64,000 bases of DNA from assembly GCA_049510745.1 (NCBI GenBank), contig JBEKYR010000011.1:32001-96000 (forward strand), in the 5' to 3' direction. Below the pieces are notes generated by a model. The model worked only from the letters and a program-made list of their open reading frames with translations, did not search any database and had not been told where the DNA came from. Below, one piece after another: positions 47,277-58,300 of the stretch. The translations under genes and the position numbers were made by a program. Every line of letters begins with the position of its first letter. Positions within the stretch are counted from its first letter, which is position 1. The stretch comes from Verrucomicrobiota bacterium. Its GTDB lineage: Bacteria; Verrucomicrobiota; Verrucomicrobiia; Limisphaerales; Palsa-1400.

Positions 47277-48452
47277 ATGAAACCGTCAGAGTCCGGGGCA
47301 GCAGGGGCCGCGAGGGATTTGGCAAATCCGCGGGAGCAGAAGTGCCTCCCAGAGCAACCGGTGCAGGCGGGCGCCGCCGGCACTCACAGCCCGGCCTACC
47401 GGGGATCGCTCGATTTCATCCGGCAATGGGTGCGCCATCGGCAAGGGTCGCCCGACGAATTGATTCGCGCCCTGGAGCGGGAGGTCGGCTGGCCTTCCCG
47501 CCACGTGCTGGTTCCGATCCTGGAGCAATTGCGCTCCAGCCGCGACCTGCCGGAGGCGGAGCGGAAATATCTTCTTTACACGTTGAACGCCGGGGCCGTC
47601 GCCGCCGCCCTGGCCGGGGGCGCCGATCCCGGCTCCGAATACCAGTCCTCGCTCGACGAACTCTTTGGCCGCAGCCGCCGTTTCCGCCGCTCGAAGCAAT
47701 TCGCCGCCGCGGTCGAGTTTGTCGCCCGGTTTCGCGACTATTCCCCCTTCAACAACATGCTGGTCTATCTGCAAAATCCGCTGGCGACCCACTTCGCCAC
47801 CGCCCGGCATTGGCACAAGGCCTTTGGCCGCTCGATCAAGAACGAGGCGCGCGGCATGATCATCCTGGCGCCCCGCACCCCGGTCCTGCTGGTCTATGAC
47901 ATCGCCGACACGGAGGGGCCGCCGCTGCCGGGAAACTTCGGCGTGTTCGCGCAAACCTCGGGCCGGTTCAATCCCGCCCTCCTCGAACGCACCGTCAAGA
48001 ATTGCGAGCGCGACAGAATCCAGGTCGAACGCAAGTCCATGGGCGGGTTGCGCGGCGGCTTTGCCACGACGCGCGCGCAGGATTCAGCCTGGAAAATGCG
48101 CATCGCTCTGCGGGCGGAACTGGACGACGCGGCCGCCTACGCCGTGCTCTGCCACGAGTTGGCCCATGTCTATCTGGGGCACCTGGGCGCGGACCGGGAC
48201 GGCGCCTGGCCGTTTCGCATGAACTTGTCCGAAGCGGTCACGGAGATCGAGGCCGAATCGACCGCCTACGTGGTCTGCGCCCGCGCGGGGCTTCGCACCC
48301 GCTCGGCGGAGTATCTGGCCGGCTACGTCGAGGACAATTCGGACCTCGACGCCATTAGTCTTGACTTAATCAGCCGGGTGGCGGGGCGGATCGAGGAGAT
48401 GGGCCGCCGCCTGCTGCCGCCGCGGGAAAAACCCGCGCCGGGCGGGACTTGA
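47277..48452 (+). CDS. ArdC-like N-terminal domain plus ImmA/IrrE-like zincin metallopeptidase
   Basis: FRDYSPFNNMLVYLQNP.AT.FAT...W, VYDIADTEG; LCHELAH...EIEAESTAY. Confidence 0.8.
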   Translation: MKPSESGAAGAARDLANPREQKCLPEQPVQAGAAGTHSPAYRGSLDFIRQWVRHRQGSPDELIRALEREVGWPSRHVLVPILEQLRSSRDLPEAERKYLLYTLNAGAVAAALAGGADPGSEYQSSLDELFGRSRRFRRSKQFAAAVEFVARFRDYSPFNNMLVYLQNPLATHFATARHWHKAFGRSIKNEARGMIILAPRTPVLLVYDIADTEGPPLPGNFGVFAQTSGRFNPALLERTVKNCERDRIQVERKSMGGLRGGFATTRAQDSAWKMRIALRAELDDAAAYAVLCHELAHVYLGHLGADRDGAWPFRMNLSEAVTEIEAESTAYVVCARAGLRTRSAEYLAGYVEDNSDLDAISLDLISRVAGRIEEMGRRLLPPREKPAPGGT

Positions 48453-48479
48453 GGAAGGCCGTCAACCTTCGCGGGCGGG

Positions 48480-49475
48480 TCAGTTCAGCGGACCGCCGTT
48501 TTTGCGCAGGACATCGGAAATCTTCACCGGACAACCGCCCTGGCGCTTGCTTTCGTCGGCCGCCTCCAGGAAGGCGTAGATTTCCAAGGTTTCCTCCGGC
48601 GGCACCGGGGCGACGCCGGTTTGGAAAAACTTCACCACCTCGCGCAGGAACGGCGTGTAGTCCACATCCAATTCACGCTCCAGCACCTTCTTCGAGCCGA
48701 AAACCGTCACGCGATACGGATCGGCCCCGTTGCGCAGCCCGCGCAAGGTTCCCACCTTGCCGTCGTTCCAGACTCCCGTCACCAAATGGGTGTCCGCCGT
48801 GGCCGTGCAGGCGACCGTCTGGCAGCCGGTCCCCATAATCGTGTAGAGCGCTTCCGCCGGATGAATCCCGTACCAGAACAAATCCGGATGATGCGGTTCC
48901 AGTTCGCAGGGGCCGCAGGAACTGGCGCCCTTGATCACGCCCGCGCCGGCCTCCTTCATTTGCCGCAGATTCACCGAGTAGCGCAAACAGGACCCGCTGA
49001 AAATCGGCACATGATTCTCCTTGGCCGCGCGGTAAATCTCGATGGCGTCGCGCAAGGACCCCGCCACCGGCTTGTCAATGAATATCGGCTTGTGCGCCCG
49101 GATGACCGGCAGCGCCTCCTGCAAATGCGGCCGGCCGTCGATGCTCTCCACCATGACCACATCCGCTTCCTTGAGCAATTCATCAATGCTCCCGACTATT
49201 TTCACTCCCAATTTCTCCCCGACCGTCTTGGCGTAGCCGTCCACGTGTTCCGAACTTTGGGCGATGTCCGGGCTGCCGCCCTTGAGCGCGACGACGACGC
49301 GCGTTCCCGGGATGAAATTCTTGTCGTTGGGATCATTCAAGCGCCGGGTGAACTCCACCGCGTGGGACGTATCCAATCCGATCATGCCGATGCGCAAATC
49401 AGCCGCCGCCGCGGTGAAAGTCATCGCGCCACAAAAGAGCAAGGGGAAGCAGGGCCGTCGAAAAATCATAAGCAA
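48480..49475 (-). CDS. Exported Gfo/Idh/MocA oxidoreductase
   Basis: RIGMIGLDTSH, DGRPH, FIDKP, WYGIH. Confidence 0.88.
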   Translation of the reverse strand: MLMIFRRPCFPLLFCGAMTFTAAAADLRIGMIGLDTSHAVEFTRRLNDPNDKNFIPGTRVVVALKGGSPDIAQSSEHVDGYAKTVGEKLGVKIVGSIDELLKEADVVMVESIDGRPHLQEALPVIRAHKPIFIDKPVAGSLRDAIEIYRAAKENHVPIFSGSCLRYSVNLRQMKEAGAGVIKGASSCGPCELEPHHPDLFWYGIHPAEALYTIMGTGCQTVACTATADTHLVTGVWNDGKVGTLRGLRNGADPYRVTVFGSKKVLERELDVDYTPFLREVVKFFQTGVAPVPPEETLEIYAFLEAADESKRQGGCPVKISDVLRKNGGPLN

Positions 49476-49533
49476 GGCTCTTTATGCGGCGGCTGGCCGG
49501 AGGCGGCAAGCGCATTTTTCCCGGAAGCGACGG

Positions 49534-52500
49534 TCAGGGGGAAACTGTCGTGGGGCGATTGCTGTCCGGGGCGGGATTTGAAACGGGCAACTCGAGTGTG
49601 AAGATGGCGCCCTGGCTGGGGCCGTCGCTGTGCGCCAGCAAGGCGCCGCCCAATTCGTGGGCGGCCAGCGCCCCGCTGTGCAACCCGAAGCCATGGCCGT
49701 TTTTGCGCGTGGTGAAGCCCATGTTGAAAATCTTGGTGAGATTTTCCTGGGGTATTCCGACGCCGGTGTCGATCACGGAAATCCGCACCCGTCCGTCCCC
49801 GTTGGTCACCCGCAACGTCAGCCTCTTCTCGTGTATCTCCGGCGGGTCGCAGGCGTACTTGGCGTTGTGGATGAGATTGACGAGAATTTGCAGCGCTTTA
49901 TGCTTGTCAATGGCCAGCGCCGGCAGGTTCGGGGCATAGTCGCGGCGAACCTCGATGCGATGGCGGGAAAGCGCGGCCGAGTTCAGGCGCAGGGCGTCCT
50001 CGACCAGTTCGGTGGGTTGGACAGTTTCCACATAACCGGCGACCTGCGCGTAGTTCTGCTGCATGGCGACGATGTTCTTGATGTGCTCGATGTTTTGTTC
50101 CAGCGAGGCGAGTTCGTCGCGAAAAAGGGTCTGTTCGCGCGCCAGGCGGTCGGCCAATTGCTCCAAGTAAACGGGAATCTGGCGGCCTTGCGGATCGCGC
50201 GTGACAAAATCGGCCAGGCCGGCTTCGTGCTCGCGCAGCAGGGCCGCCACCTTGGAAACATTTCCCGTCTTGGATTGCCTGACTTTCTGGGAGAGAATCG
50301 AAGTCGAGATGTTGACGCTGTTGAGGATGTTGCCCACATTGTGCAGGACGCCGGTGGCAACATCGGCCATGCCCGCCTGGCGCGAGGCCGCGATAAGGTG
50401 TTTTTGATTGGAACGGATGATTTCCGTTTGCCGGCGAACCTGGCGGCGCAGCAACCCCACCCACGTGAGGGCGGCCACGATGGCCACGCCCATGCCCCCC
50501 GCCACTTTGAGCGCGTCTTGCGCCGTCCAGGAGGGAGGCGCTTTCAACAGTTCCACCGCGCCGGGTTGGGAGAGCGTGAGGTGAAAGGCTTCCGCCCCGC
50601 GAGTGGGGCTGCCGTCGATCAGACAGACGCCTGCGAGGCGCAGCAAACTTCCCGGGGCCAGAGCAAAGGCCGCCTCGGCCTGTCTTGGGTCCAGGAGGGT
50701 TGCCGTGAAAATGACCGAGCCGTCCTGGAGAACCAATCTCGGTTCGAGCGAGCGGGCGACCTTTTGCAGAAGCACGGCCTGGAGTTTGACGGCGATGTTG
50801 TCGCAGGCGGCGGAGCGCAGAATTTCCTCGGCAGTCACAGTTTTGGGCGCCGGCAACACTCCGATTCCCGAGCGCCGGAAAACGGCGCCTTCCAGATGAG
50901 GCGACAGCTCCCCAAGGGCGGGGAATCCCACCGCATCGACCCTCTCCCCCACGTGAATTTCGTTGGTCTGTTCGGTCCGCACACGGATGCCGCCGGAGGA
51001 ATCCTGCAAGAGGAATCCTTGACCGGGCAGCAGCAGGGTCACAACGCCGTTGACCGCAATGCGCCGCCCGGCCCGGCCCGGGTTGAAAGTGGCGACCGAC
51101 CCAATAGGAATGACAGAGGCCGCGAAGGGGTCGGACAACGCCGCTTCCACCGTTTTTATTTGCAGAAGGTCAGGGGTAAAGATGGTGATGCCGCCCAACT
51201 GCCGCCGCAAATTGGCATCGGCCGCGCAGGCCCCGCAAACCGAGACGCGGGAATCCACCCATTGCACCGGAATGGGCTTGCCGTTCCAATTGGGCACGGT
51301 GACAGTGAATTTCTCCCTGTCCCCCCTCACCACCAGTCTGAGGTGGCCATCGTCCTCCTTGACGCGCTGGACGATGCCTTCGACTTGAACCCAACGCGCG
51401 TCCAGATGCCCATCGGCCAAGTCTTCCAAATCCACTGTGCGCGGTCGCGGGAGATTGGTGCTGGCAAGAATCGTGAATTTTGCGTTGAGCACGACCGGGG
51501 CAAAATTTCCCGGATCGGTTTGGCCGGTCAGTTCCACCAACTGGCCGGAATGAAGGCCGGCTTGGTCGGGCATGGCAAAAAGGGCGTCTGAATCGTCCTG
51601 GAAAAAGACAGAATGCCAGGCGGGGTCCGCATAGGTGACCACGCCGCGCAAGCGGACCGGGTAGCCGCGCGCGGCCTCCTCCGGGGTCAGTCTCCTGACA
51701 GCCGCGGCTGTGGTGATGGTTTCAAGTCCGTTGGTTGCCGGGGCTTTCAAAGAGGCTGCCGCGCGCACGGAGAGTCCATCCGCCGGCGGCGGGTTTGCCA
51801 TTCTGAAGTAGGCGCTTTCCAGCCTGACTCCATCGGCGCGTCGCGTGACAAATCCCCAAACATCCACGCGCTCGCCCAATTCAGTGGGAAGTATCTGCAC
51901 CACCTCGGCCCGAATCACTCCTGTCGGGTCTTTAACTGTCACGTCTTGGCCGGGGCGATAGTCCTCGATCCACCCGTTGAGGTGGACCATTTCATTGGTC
52001 CACAGCCCGAGTTCGCGGTGGAGAAGGGTGTCTATCGAGGAAACAGGCAGTTGCGTCAGCGGCGCGCGGGGCGGATGCACGGTGGTGAGGTCGTTTGTTC
52101 CAGGAACGATTATCGATTGCGTCTTGAGCCGGCCATCGGCCACCTGGCTCGTGTTGATGCCCCGGATTTGCACGCGGGCGCCCATCAACTCCGTGGCGTT
52201 GGGGCCGGGCGCGCCCATGACATAGGCCAGGCAGTTCTGGCCCGATTGGTGGAGGGCCAACTCCAGCCGCCCGCCGTTGGTGTCCGCCCCGTGGACTTCT
52301 CCTTCAACCTCGATCCACTCTCCTGCCGTGCCGGCCAGTTGGGTCAATTCGATGTGCCTGGGCGATGGCAGCGGTCTTTTTCCGAGCACCACCGCGTCGA
52401 GATTGGAAAGCACGGACCCGGTGCCGTCGAAGGCAATGACCCCCGTTATCTTCACGTAATCCCCCTGACGGAGCGGGGAGTGAAAAGTTTGAGTCGGGAG

Positions 52501-52809
52501 ATAACACGTGTTGTTCCCATCGCTGACGAACAACTGGTTCCATCCGGCGTCGTAAGACAGCACCACGCAATCACAGAGGAACGGTCTGCCCGCGGCGGCC
52601 CCGGTTTTGGGCAACCCGAAAAACTGCTCAAAATTCGTCACGACGTCTTCCGCGCGACCGGTTGCCGTTGCGGCCCAAATCAACCCTGCGGCGATCAAGG
52701 GCGCCGTCCACCCGGAGCAGATTGGACCGACACTTCGCCGGGTGCCGCATTCTGATGGCGACACCTCAAGCGCGGGCGGCGGATTGGCCGATTTAAGAAA
52801 CAAAATCAC
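49534..52809 (-). CDS. Sensor histidine kinase with large extracytoplasmic OB-fold-like repeat region
   Basis: Repeated PVRLRGVVT/FFQD..G units, TM helix, VATGVLHNVGN, GFTTRKNGHGFGLH. Confidence 0.9.
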   Translation of the reverse strand: MILFLKSANPPPALEVSPSECGTRRSVGPICSGWTAPLIAAGLIWAATATGRAEDVVTNFEQFFGLPKTGAAAGRPFLCDCVVLSYDAGWNQLFVSDGNNTCYLPTQTFHSPLRQGDYVKITGVIAFDGTGSVLSNLDAVVLGKRPLPSPRHIELTQLAGTAGEWIEVEGEVHGADTNGGRLELALHQSGQNCLAYVMGAPGPNATELMGARVQIRGINTSQVADGRLKTQSIIVPGTNDLTTVHPPRAPLTQLPVSSIDTLLHRELGLWTNEMVHLNGWIEDYRPGQDVTVKDPTGVIRAEVVQILPTELGERVDVWGFVTRRADGVRLESAYFRMANPPPADGLSVRAAASLKAPATNGLETITTAAAVRRLTPEEAARGYPVRLRGVVTYADPAWHSVFFQDDSDALFAMPDQAGLHSGQLVELTGQTDPGNFAPVVLNAKFTILASTNLPRPRTVDLEDLADGHLDARWVQVEGIVQRVKEDDGHLRLVVRGDREKFTVTVPNWNGKPIPVQWVDSRVSVCGACAADANLRRQLGGITIFTPDLLQIKTVEAALSDPFAASVIPIGSVATFNPGRAGRRIAVNGVVTLLLPGQGFLLQDSSGGIRVRTEQTNEIHVGERVDAVGFPALGELSPHLEGAVFRRSGIGVLPAPKTVTAEEILRSAACDNIAVKLQAVLLQKVARSLEPRLVLQDGSVIFTATLLDPRQAEAAFALAPGSLLRLAGVCLIDGSPTRGAEAFHLTLSQPGAVELLKAPPSWTAQDALKVAGGMGVAIVAALTWVGLLRRQVRRQTEIIRSNQKHLIAASRQAGMADVATGVLHNVGNILNSVNISTSILSQKVRQSKTGNVSKVAALLREHEAGLADFVTRDPQGRQIPVYLEQLADRLAREQTLFRDELASLEQNIEHIKNIVAMQQNYAQVAGYVETVQPTELVEDALRLNSAALSRHRIEVRRDYAPNLPALAIDKHKALQILVNLIHNAKYACDPPEIHEKRLTLRVTNGDGRVRISVIDTGVGIPQENLTKIFNMGFTTRKNGHGFGLHSGALAAHELGGALLAHSDGPSQGAIFTLELPVSNPAPDSNRPTTVSP

Positions 52810-52912
52810 AATTATGTTCCATATCCCATATCGGCAGACCGGACTGTAAAGTTAAGCGGTCATTTCTCTGAACGCGCTGGCCAAGGCGCGCTCTTCCTGC
52901 TTCAATTCTCCC

Positions 52913-54229
52913 GTGAAAATTCTGGTCATCGGCTCCGGCGGGCGCGAGCACGCCTTGGTTTGGAAGCTGGCGCAATCGCCGCGTGCCACCCGTATTTGGT
53001 GCGCGCCGGGCAACGCCGGCATCGCCACCGAGCCGCTCTCTTCCAACGGGTCGCCGGCGCAATGCCTGGACCTGGCGGCGGAAAACCTCCCCGCTTTGCT
53101 CGCCTTTGCCAACGAAAACCGGGTCGATCTCACCGTCGTCGGGCCGGACAATCCGCTCGCCTTGGGCGTGGTCGATCTTTTTCAAAAGCACGGCCTGCGA
53201 ATCTGGGGGCCGAACCAGAAGGCGGCGCAATTTGAATCGTCCAAGGCCTTCTCCCAGGCGTTCATGGACAAACACGGCATTCCCACGGCGCGCTCGAAAA
53301 TCTTCAGCGAAGCGGGCGCGGCCAAACGCTTTGCCGCCGAACTGGGAGGCAAATGCGCCGTCAAGGCCGACGGCTTGGCGCTGGGCAAAGGCGTGCTGCT
53401 GTGCCGTTCGGCCGACGAAGCCTGCCGGGCCATCGACGATATGCTGGTCCACCAGAAATTCGGGGCGGCAGGACGGCAGATCGTCATTCAGGAGATGCTG
53501 GAGGGAATGGAAATCTCGCTGCACGCGCTGTGCGATGGCCGGACGGCGCGCCTTTTTCCCACCGCGCAGGACCACAAGCGCGCCGGCGAGAATGACACCG
53601 GCCCGAACACCGGCGGCATGGGCGCGTATGCGCCGACGCCGTTCCTGGACGAGGCGGGCATGGCGCAGGCGGCCGACCGGATTTTGTCGCCTTGGGGGAA
53701 GGGATGCCGCGAGGAAGGGATTGATTTTCGCGGCATCTTGTACCCCGGCGTCATGTTGACAAAGGACGGCCCCAAGGTCTTGGAGTTCAATGCCCGTTTT
53801 GGCGATCCGGAGGCGCAGGTTTATCTCATGTCCATGTCCAAGGACCTGCTCGATCTGCTGGAAATCTCCGTCCAGGGCGCCTTGGACAAGTTCACGACAA
53901 ACTTTGTCACGACGTATTTTCGCGGCGTGGCGGTCTGCGTCGTGATGGCTTCCGCGGGCTATCCGGGCGCTTACGCCAAAGGGAAGATCATCCGCGGCCT
54001 GGAGGAAGCGGGGCGGTTGCCGCAGACGAAAATTTTTCACGCCGGCACCGCGCGCGCCGGCGGCGAGTTCGTGACCAACGGGGGCCGCGTGCTGGGGGTG
54101 ACGGCGTTGGGCGCCACGGTGGCCGAGGCGCGGGCGCGGGCCTATCTGGCGGTGGGGAAAATTCAATTCGACGGCGCGCAATTTCGGCGCGATATTGGCG
54201 CCAAGGCTCTGAGCGCAGCCGAAAAGTGA
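52913..54229 (+). CDS. purD: Phosphoribosylamine--glycine ligase
   Basis: GSGGREHAL, KADGLALGKGV, QDHKR, GPNTGGMG, EFNARFGDPE, TNGGRVL. Confidence 0.97.
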   Translation: MKILVIGSGGREHALVWKLAQSPRATRIWCAPGNAGIATEPLSSNGSPAQCLDLAAENLPALLAFANENRVDLTVVGPDNPLALGVVDLFQKHGLRIWGPNQKAAQFESSKAFSQAFMDKHGIPTARSKIFSEAGAAKRFAAELGGKCAVKADGLALGKGVLLCRSADEACRAIDDMLVHQKFGAAGRQIVIQEMLEGMEISLHALCDGRTARLFPTAQDHKRAGENDTGPNTGGMGAYAPTPFLDEAGMAQAADRILSPWGKGCREEGIDFRGILYPGVMLTKDGPKVLEFNARFGDPEAQVYLMSMSKDLLDLLEISVQGALDKFTTNFVTTYFRGVAVCVVMASAGYPGAYAKGKIIRGLEEAGRLPQTKIFHAGTARAGGEFVTNGGRVLGVTALGATVAEARARAYLAVGKIQFDGAQFRRDIGAKALSAAEK

Positions 54230-54243
54230 ACCTCTTAAAAACG

Positions 54244-55293
54244 ATGAACACGCGAAATCTGGTCTTGTGCCTTCTGCTGTCGGCGGCGTCCGCCCCGGCC
54301 GCGCCGGCGACTCCCGCACCGAAGTTTGAAGAAGTCTTCAAGGTGCTCAGCACCAATCTGGGCGGCGTCAGCCAGGAGGAATTGGAGCGCGCCGCCGTGC
54401 AGGGGTTGATCGGCCAACTCGGTCCGAGGGTCAGCTTGCTGGGCGCCCCCGCCTCCGGCTCGCCGGCGGCCCCGGACGCCGCTCCCCTGGCCGGGGCGCG
54501 TGTCTTTGACAACTGCTTTGCTTATGTGCGCGTGGCGGCTGTGGGGAGCAATTTGCCGGAGGCGTTTCGCGCCGCCTACCGCCAGATGACGGAGACCAAC
54601 AAGGAGAAAATCAAGGGGCTGGTGCTGGACCTCCGTTTTGCCGGCGGCGCCGATTACGAGGCGGCGGCGAAAGTGGCCGACTGTTTTCTCAATTCCGAGC
54701 GGCCGCTGCTGGAATGGCAAACCGGATCCGCCCACGCCACCAAAAAGGCCGACGCCATCCTGGCGCCCGTGGCCATCCTGGTCAATTCCCGGACGACGGG
54801 CGCGGCCGAGGCGCTGGCCGCCGTGCTGCGCGACGCCGACGTGGGACTGATCCTGGGCGCCACCACCGCCGGCCAGGCCAGCCTCTACAAGGATTTCCCG
54901 CTCAGCGACGGCGAACAGCTCCGCGTGGCGGTCGCGCCGGTGAGCCTGAGCGGCGGAAGGGTCCTGTCGCGTGGGGTGGTTCCGGACATTGCAATCGAGG
55001 CGAGTTTGGACGATGAACGGGCGCACCTGCAAGACCCGTACAAAGACCTCCACCCCGCGGAAAGCGCCAAAGCAGACCCCGCAACCAACCGCGTCGAGGA
55101 GCTGCGCCGCCGGTTCAACGAAGCGGAACTGGTGCGCGAGCACAAGGCGGGCGAGGATGCGGACACCGGGGACGCTGGCGCCGCGGCGGGGGCTTCGGCG
55201 GCGGGCGCGCCGGTGATGGTGGACCCCGTACTGGGGCGGGCGTTGGATTTGTTGAAGGGCCTGGCGGTCGTGCAACCCAACCGGCCAGGGTAA
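54244..55293 (+). CDS. S41 peptidase-like exported protein, probably inactive
   Basis: GLVLDLRF, AILVN..TTGAAE, TAGQ, GVVPDI, DPVL.RALDLL. Confidence 0.8.
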   Translation: MNTRNLVLCLLLSAASAPAAPATPAPKFEEVFKVLSTNLGGVSQEELERAAVQGLIGQLGPRVSLLGAPASGSPAAPDAAPLAGARVFDNCFAYVRVAAVGSNLPEAFRAAYRQMTETNKEKIKGLVLDLRFAGGADYEAAAKVADCFLNSERPLLEWQTGSAHATKKADAILAPVAILVNSRTTGAAEALAAVLRDADVGLILGATTAGQASLYKDFPLSDGEQLRVAVAPVSLSGGRVLSRGVVPDIAIEASLDDERAHLQDPYKDLHPAESAKADPATNRVEELRRRFNEAELVREHKAGEDADTGDAGAAAGASAAGAPVMVDPVLGRALDLLKGLAVVQPNRPG

Positions 55294-55306
55294 GGGCGAT
55301 CCGGCG

Positions 55307-58300
55307 TCAGCCGTTCCTGCCGCAGCAATGTTTGTATTTTTTCTTGCTGCCGCAGGGGCACGGGTCGTTGCGCCCCACCTTCGGTCCGCTGCGAATCGGG
55401 CGCGGTTTGGACATGGCGGAACTGGCTTCCGTCACCATGTCGCTGGGCCGTTTGCCGTCGGCCTGGGCGGGGGGGGCGGGAGCGCCGGAGGGGGCGCCGC
55501 CAAAAGCATCGGCCGATTGGTGGATGGTGCGTTGCGGGACGCTGCGGATGAATTTGTCGAAGGCCATCATGCTGGAGGCGCTGCGGAAGATGTTGTGGCA
55601 GATTTCCGTTTTGATGTTGACCATCAGGTCTTCGAAGACCTTGAAGGCTTCGGCCTTGTATTCGATGAGCGGATCGCGCTGACCGTAGGCCCGCAAGCCG
55701 ATGCTCTCGCGCAGGGTGTCCATGCCGTAGAGGTGCTCCTGCCATAGCTCGTCCACCGCGCGGAGAATGGTGTAACGCTCGACGGATTTGAGGGCTTGAG
55801 GCTGCTCGAAGCTGATCTTCAACTCGTAGGCCTGGCGCACCGCCTGGCAGATAAACTGGCAGACGGCGAATTGCGGCGCGCTCAAACCGTCGAAGGCCGA
55901 GCCGGGCACGGGGGCTTGCTGGCCGGAGCGGGCCGCCTTGAGGATTTCCTCCTCCGGCACGCCCAGGGGAAAGTTCAGGTTGATCCAGTCGGCCAGGGGA
56001 CGGGCGTTCCATTCGGGGTGTTTGGCCATCTTGGCCTCGACGCCGGCTTGCGGGTTCCAGCCGGCCAGCGGACGCGCTTTCGAATCCGCCGTCTCGATGT
56101 CGGCGGGCGTCAATTCCCGCACCTTTTGGATGACGATCTCCTCCATGATGTCCATCAACCGGTCGCGGACGTCGTCGGAATTGATGACCTCGTCGCGGAA
56201 GCCGTAGATGACTTCGCGCTGCTTGTTCATGACGTCGTCGTATTCGAGGGTGCGTTTGCGGCGCTGGAAGTTGTGCTGCTCGACGCGTTTTTGGGCCGTC
56301 TCGATGGACTTGTTGAGCATGACATGCTGGAGTTCCTGGCCCTCCTCCAGGCCCATTTTTTCCATGTACTTGACGATCTTGTCCGAGCCGAAGAGGCGCA
56401 TCAGGTCGTCTTCGAGCGAGATGAAAAAGTGGGACGAGCCGGGGTCGCCCTGGCGGGCGCAGCGGCCGCGCAACTGGCGGTCGATGCGGCGGGATTCGTG
56501 GCGCTCGGTGCCGATGACGTGGAGGCCGCCCAAAGCGGCGATGCCCTCGCCCAATTTGATGTCGGTGCCGCGGCCGGCCATGTTGGTGGCGATGGTGACG
56601 GAGCCGCGCTGGCCGGCGCGGGAGACGATTTCGGCCTCCTGCTGGTGGAACTTGGCGTTGAGGACGGAATGAATGATGCCGATGCGCTTGAGCATGCGGG
56701 AGACGTGCTCGCTGGTTTCGACCGAGACGGTGCCGACGAGGATGGGCCGGCCCTGGTTGTGAATGGAGGTGATTTCGTTGATGACGGCGTTGAATTTTTC
56801 GCGTTTGGTCTTATAGACCGAATCGTTGGCGTCCTTGCGGGCGACCGGTTTGTTGGTGGGAATGACCAGCACGCCCAGCTTGTAAATGTCCAGGAATTCG
56901 GAGGCCTCGGTTTCGGCGGTGCCGGTCATGCCGGCGAGTTTTTTGTAAAGACGAAAATAGTTTTGGATGGTGATGGTGGCCAGGGTCTGGGTTTCGCGCT
57001 CGATTTCCACGCCCTCCTTGGCTTCGACCGCCTGGTGCAGGCCGTCGCTCCAGCGCCGCCCGTACATGGGCCGTCCGGTGTGCTCATCGACGATGACGAC
57101 CTTGCCGTTTTCGATGACGTAATGGACGTCCAGTTGATAGAGGCTGTAGGCCTTGAGCAGTTGGGAGATGGTGTGAATCTGGGCGGCCTTGGCCTCGAAG
57201 TCCGCCTGGACTTTGGCCTTCTCCTCCAGGCGCAGGCGGGCGTCGGCCTCGGGGCCGGTATCGATCTCGTGAAAGCGCACCGTCAAATCCGGCAGCACAA
57301 AGGCGTCCGGGTCCTCGGGGCGCATGTAGGAGCGGCCCTTTTCCGTCAAGTCGGCGTCATGGCTTTTTTCGTCCATGGCGTAGAAAAGTTCCTCCTTCTC
57401 GGCGTAGAGGGCCTTTTTGCTCTGGTCGGCGTGCAACTCCAGCTCCGCCTTGTTCATCATGCGTTTGTTTTCCGGGTCTTCCAGCAGCTTCATCAAGCCG
57501 GCCGAGCGGGGGTCGCCCATGTTGACGCGGTAAAGCAGCAGCCCGATTTCATTTTCCAGCGCCGGCGGGTTGGCGGGATTGGAGCCGTCTTCGGGACGCA
57601 GTTTCTTGAGGAGGGCTTCGGCTTCGGAAAGGAAGCGGGCGCACAATTTCTCCTGCGTCCGCACCAGGGCCTCGACGGCGGGCTTGAAGCGGTCGTACTG
57701 GTTGTCCACCGTCACGACCGAGGGGCCGCTGATGATCAGGGGGGTGCGGGCCTCGTCGATGAGGATGGAATCGACTTCATCGACGATGGCGAAGTAATGG
57801 CCGCGCTGGACCTGGTCTTCCTTGCGCAAGGCCATGCCGTTGTCGCGCAAATAATCGAAGCCGAACTCGGCGTTGGTGCCGTAAGTGATGTCGCAATCGT
57901 ATTGGGCGCGGCGCTCGGCGGGGGATTGATCGTGCAAGATGCAGCCGACGGTCAGGCCGAGAAACTTGTAAACCGCGCCCATCCATTCGCTGTCGCGGGC
58001 GGCCAGGTAATCGTTGACGGTGACGACATGGACGCCGCGGCCGGTGAGGGCGTTGAGATAGACGGGGAGGGTGGCGACCAGGGTTTTGCCTTCGCCGGTG
58101 GCCATTTCCGTGATTTTGCCATTGTGCAGGGCGAAGCCGCCGACGAGTTGGACATCAAAGGGGATCATTTCCCATTTCAAAACGTGGTCGCGCACGATGA
58201 TGTCCTGGCCGCAGAGGCGGCGGCAGGTGTTTTTGACGACGGCATAGGCCTCCGGCATAATCTCGTTGAGGCGGCGGGCCAGTTCGACGTTGTCCTTGAT

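Noticed and set aside
57180..57660. Large insertion in SecA
   Set aside because: Extended preprotein-crosslinking domains are known in PVC and Bacteroidota SecA; not novel
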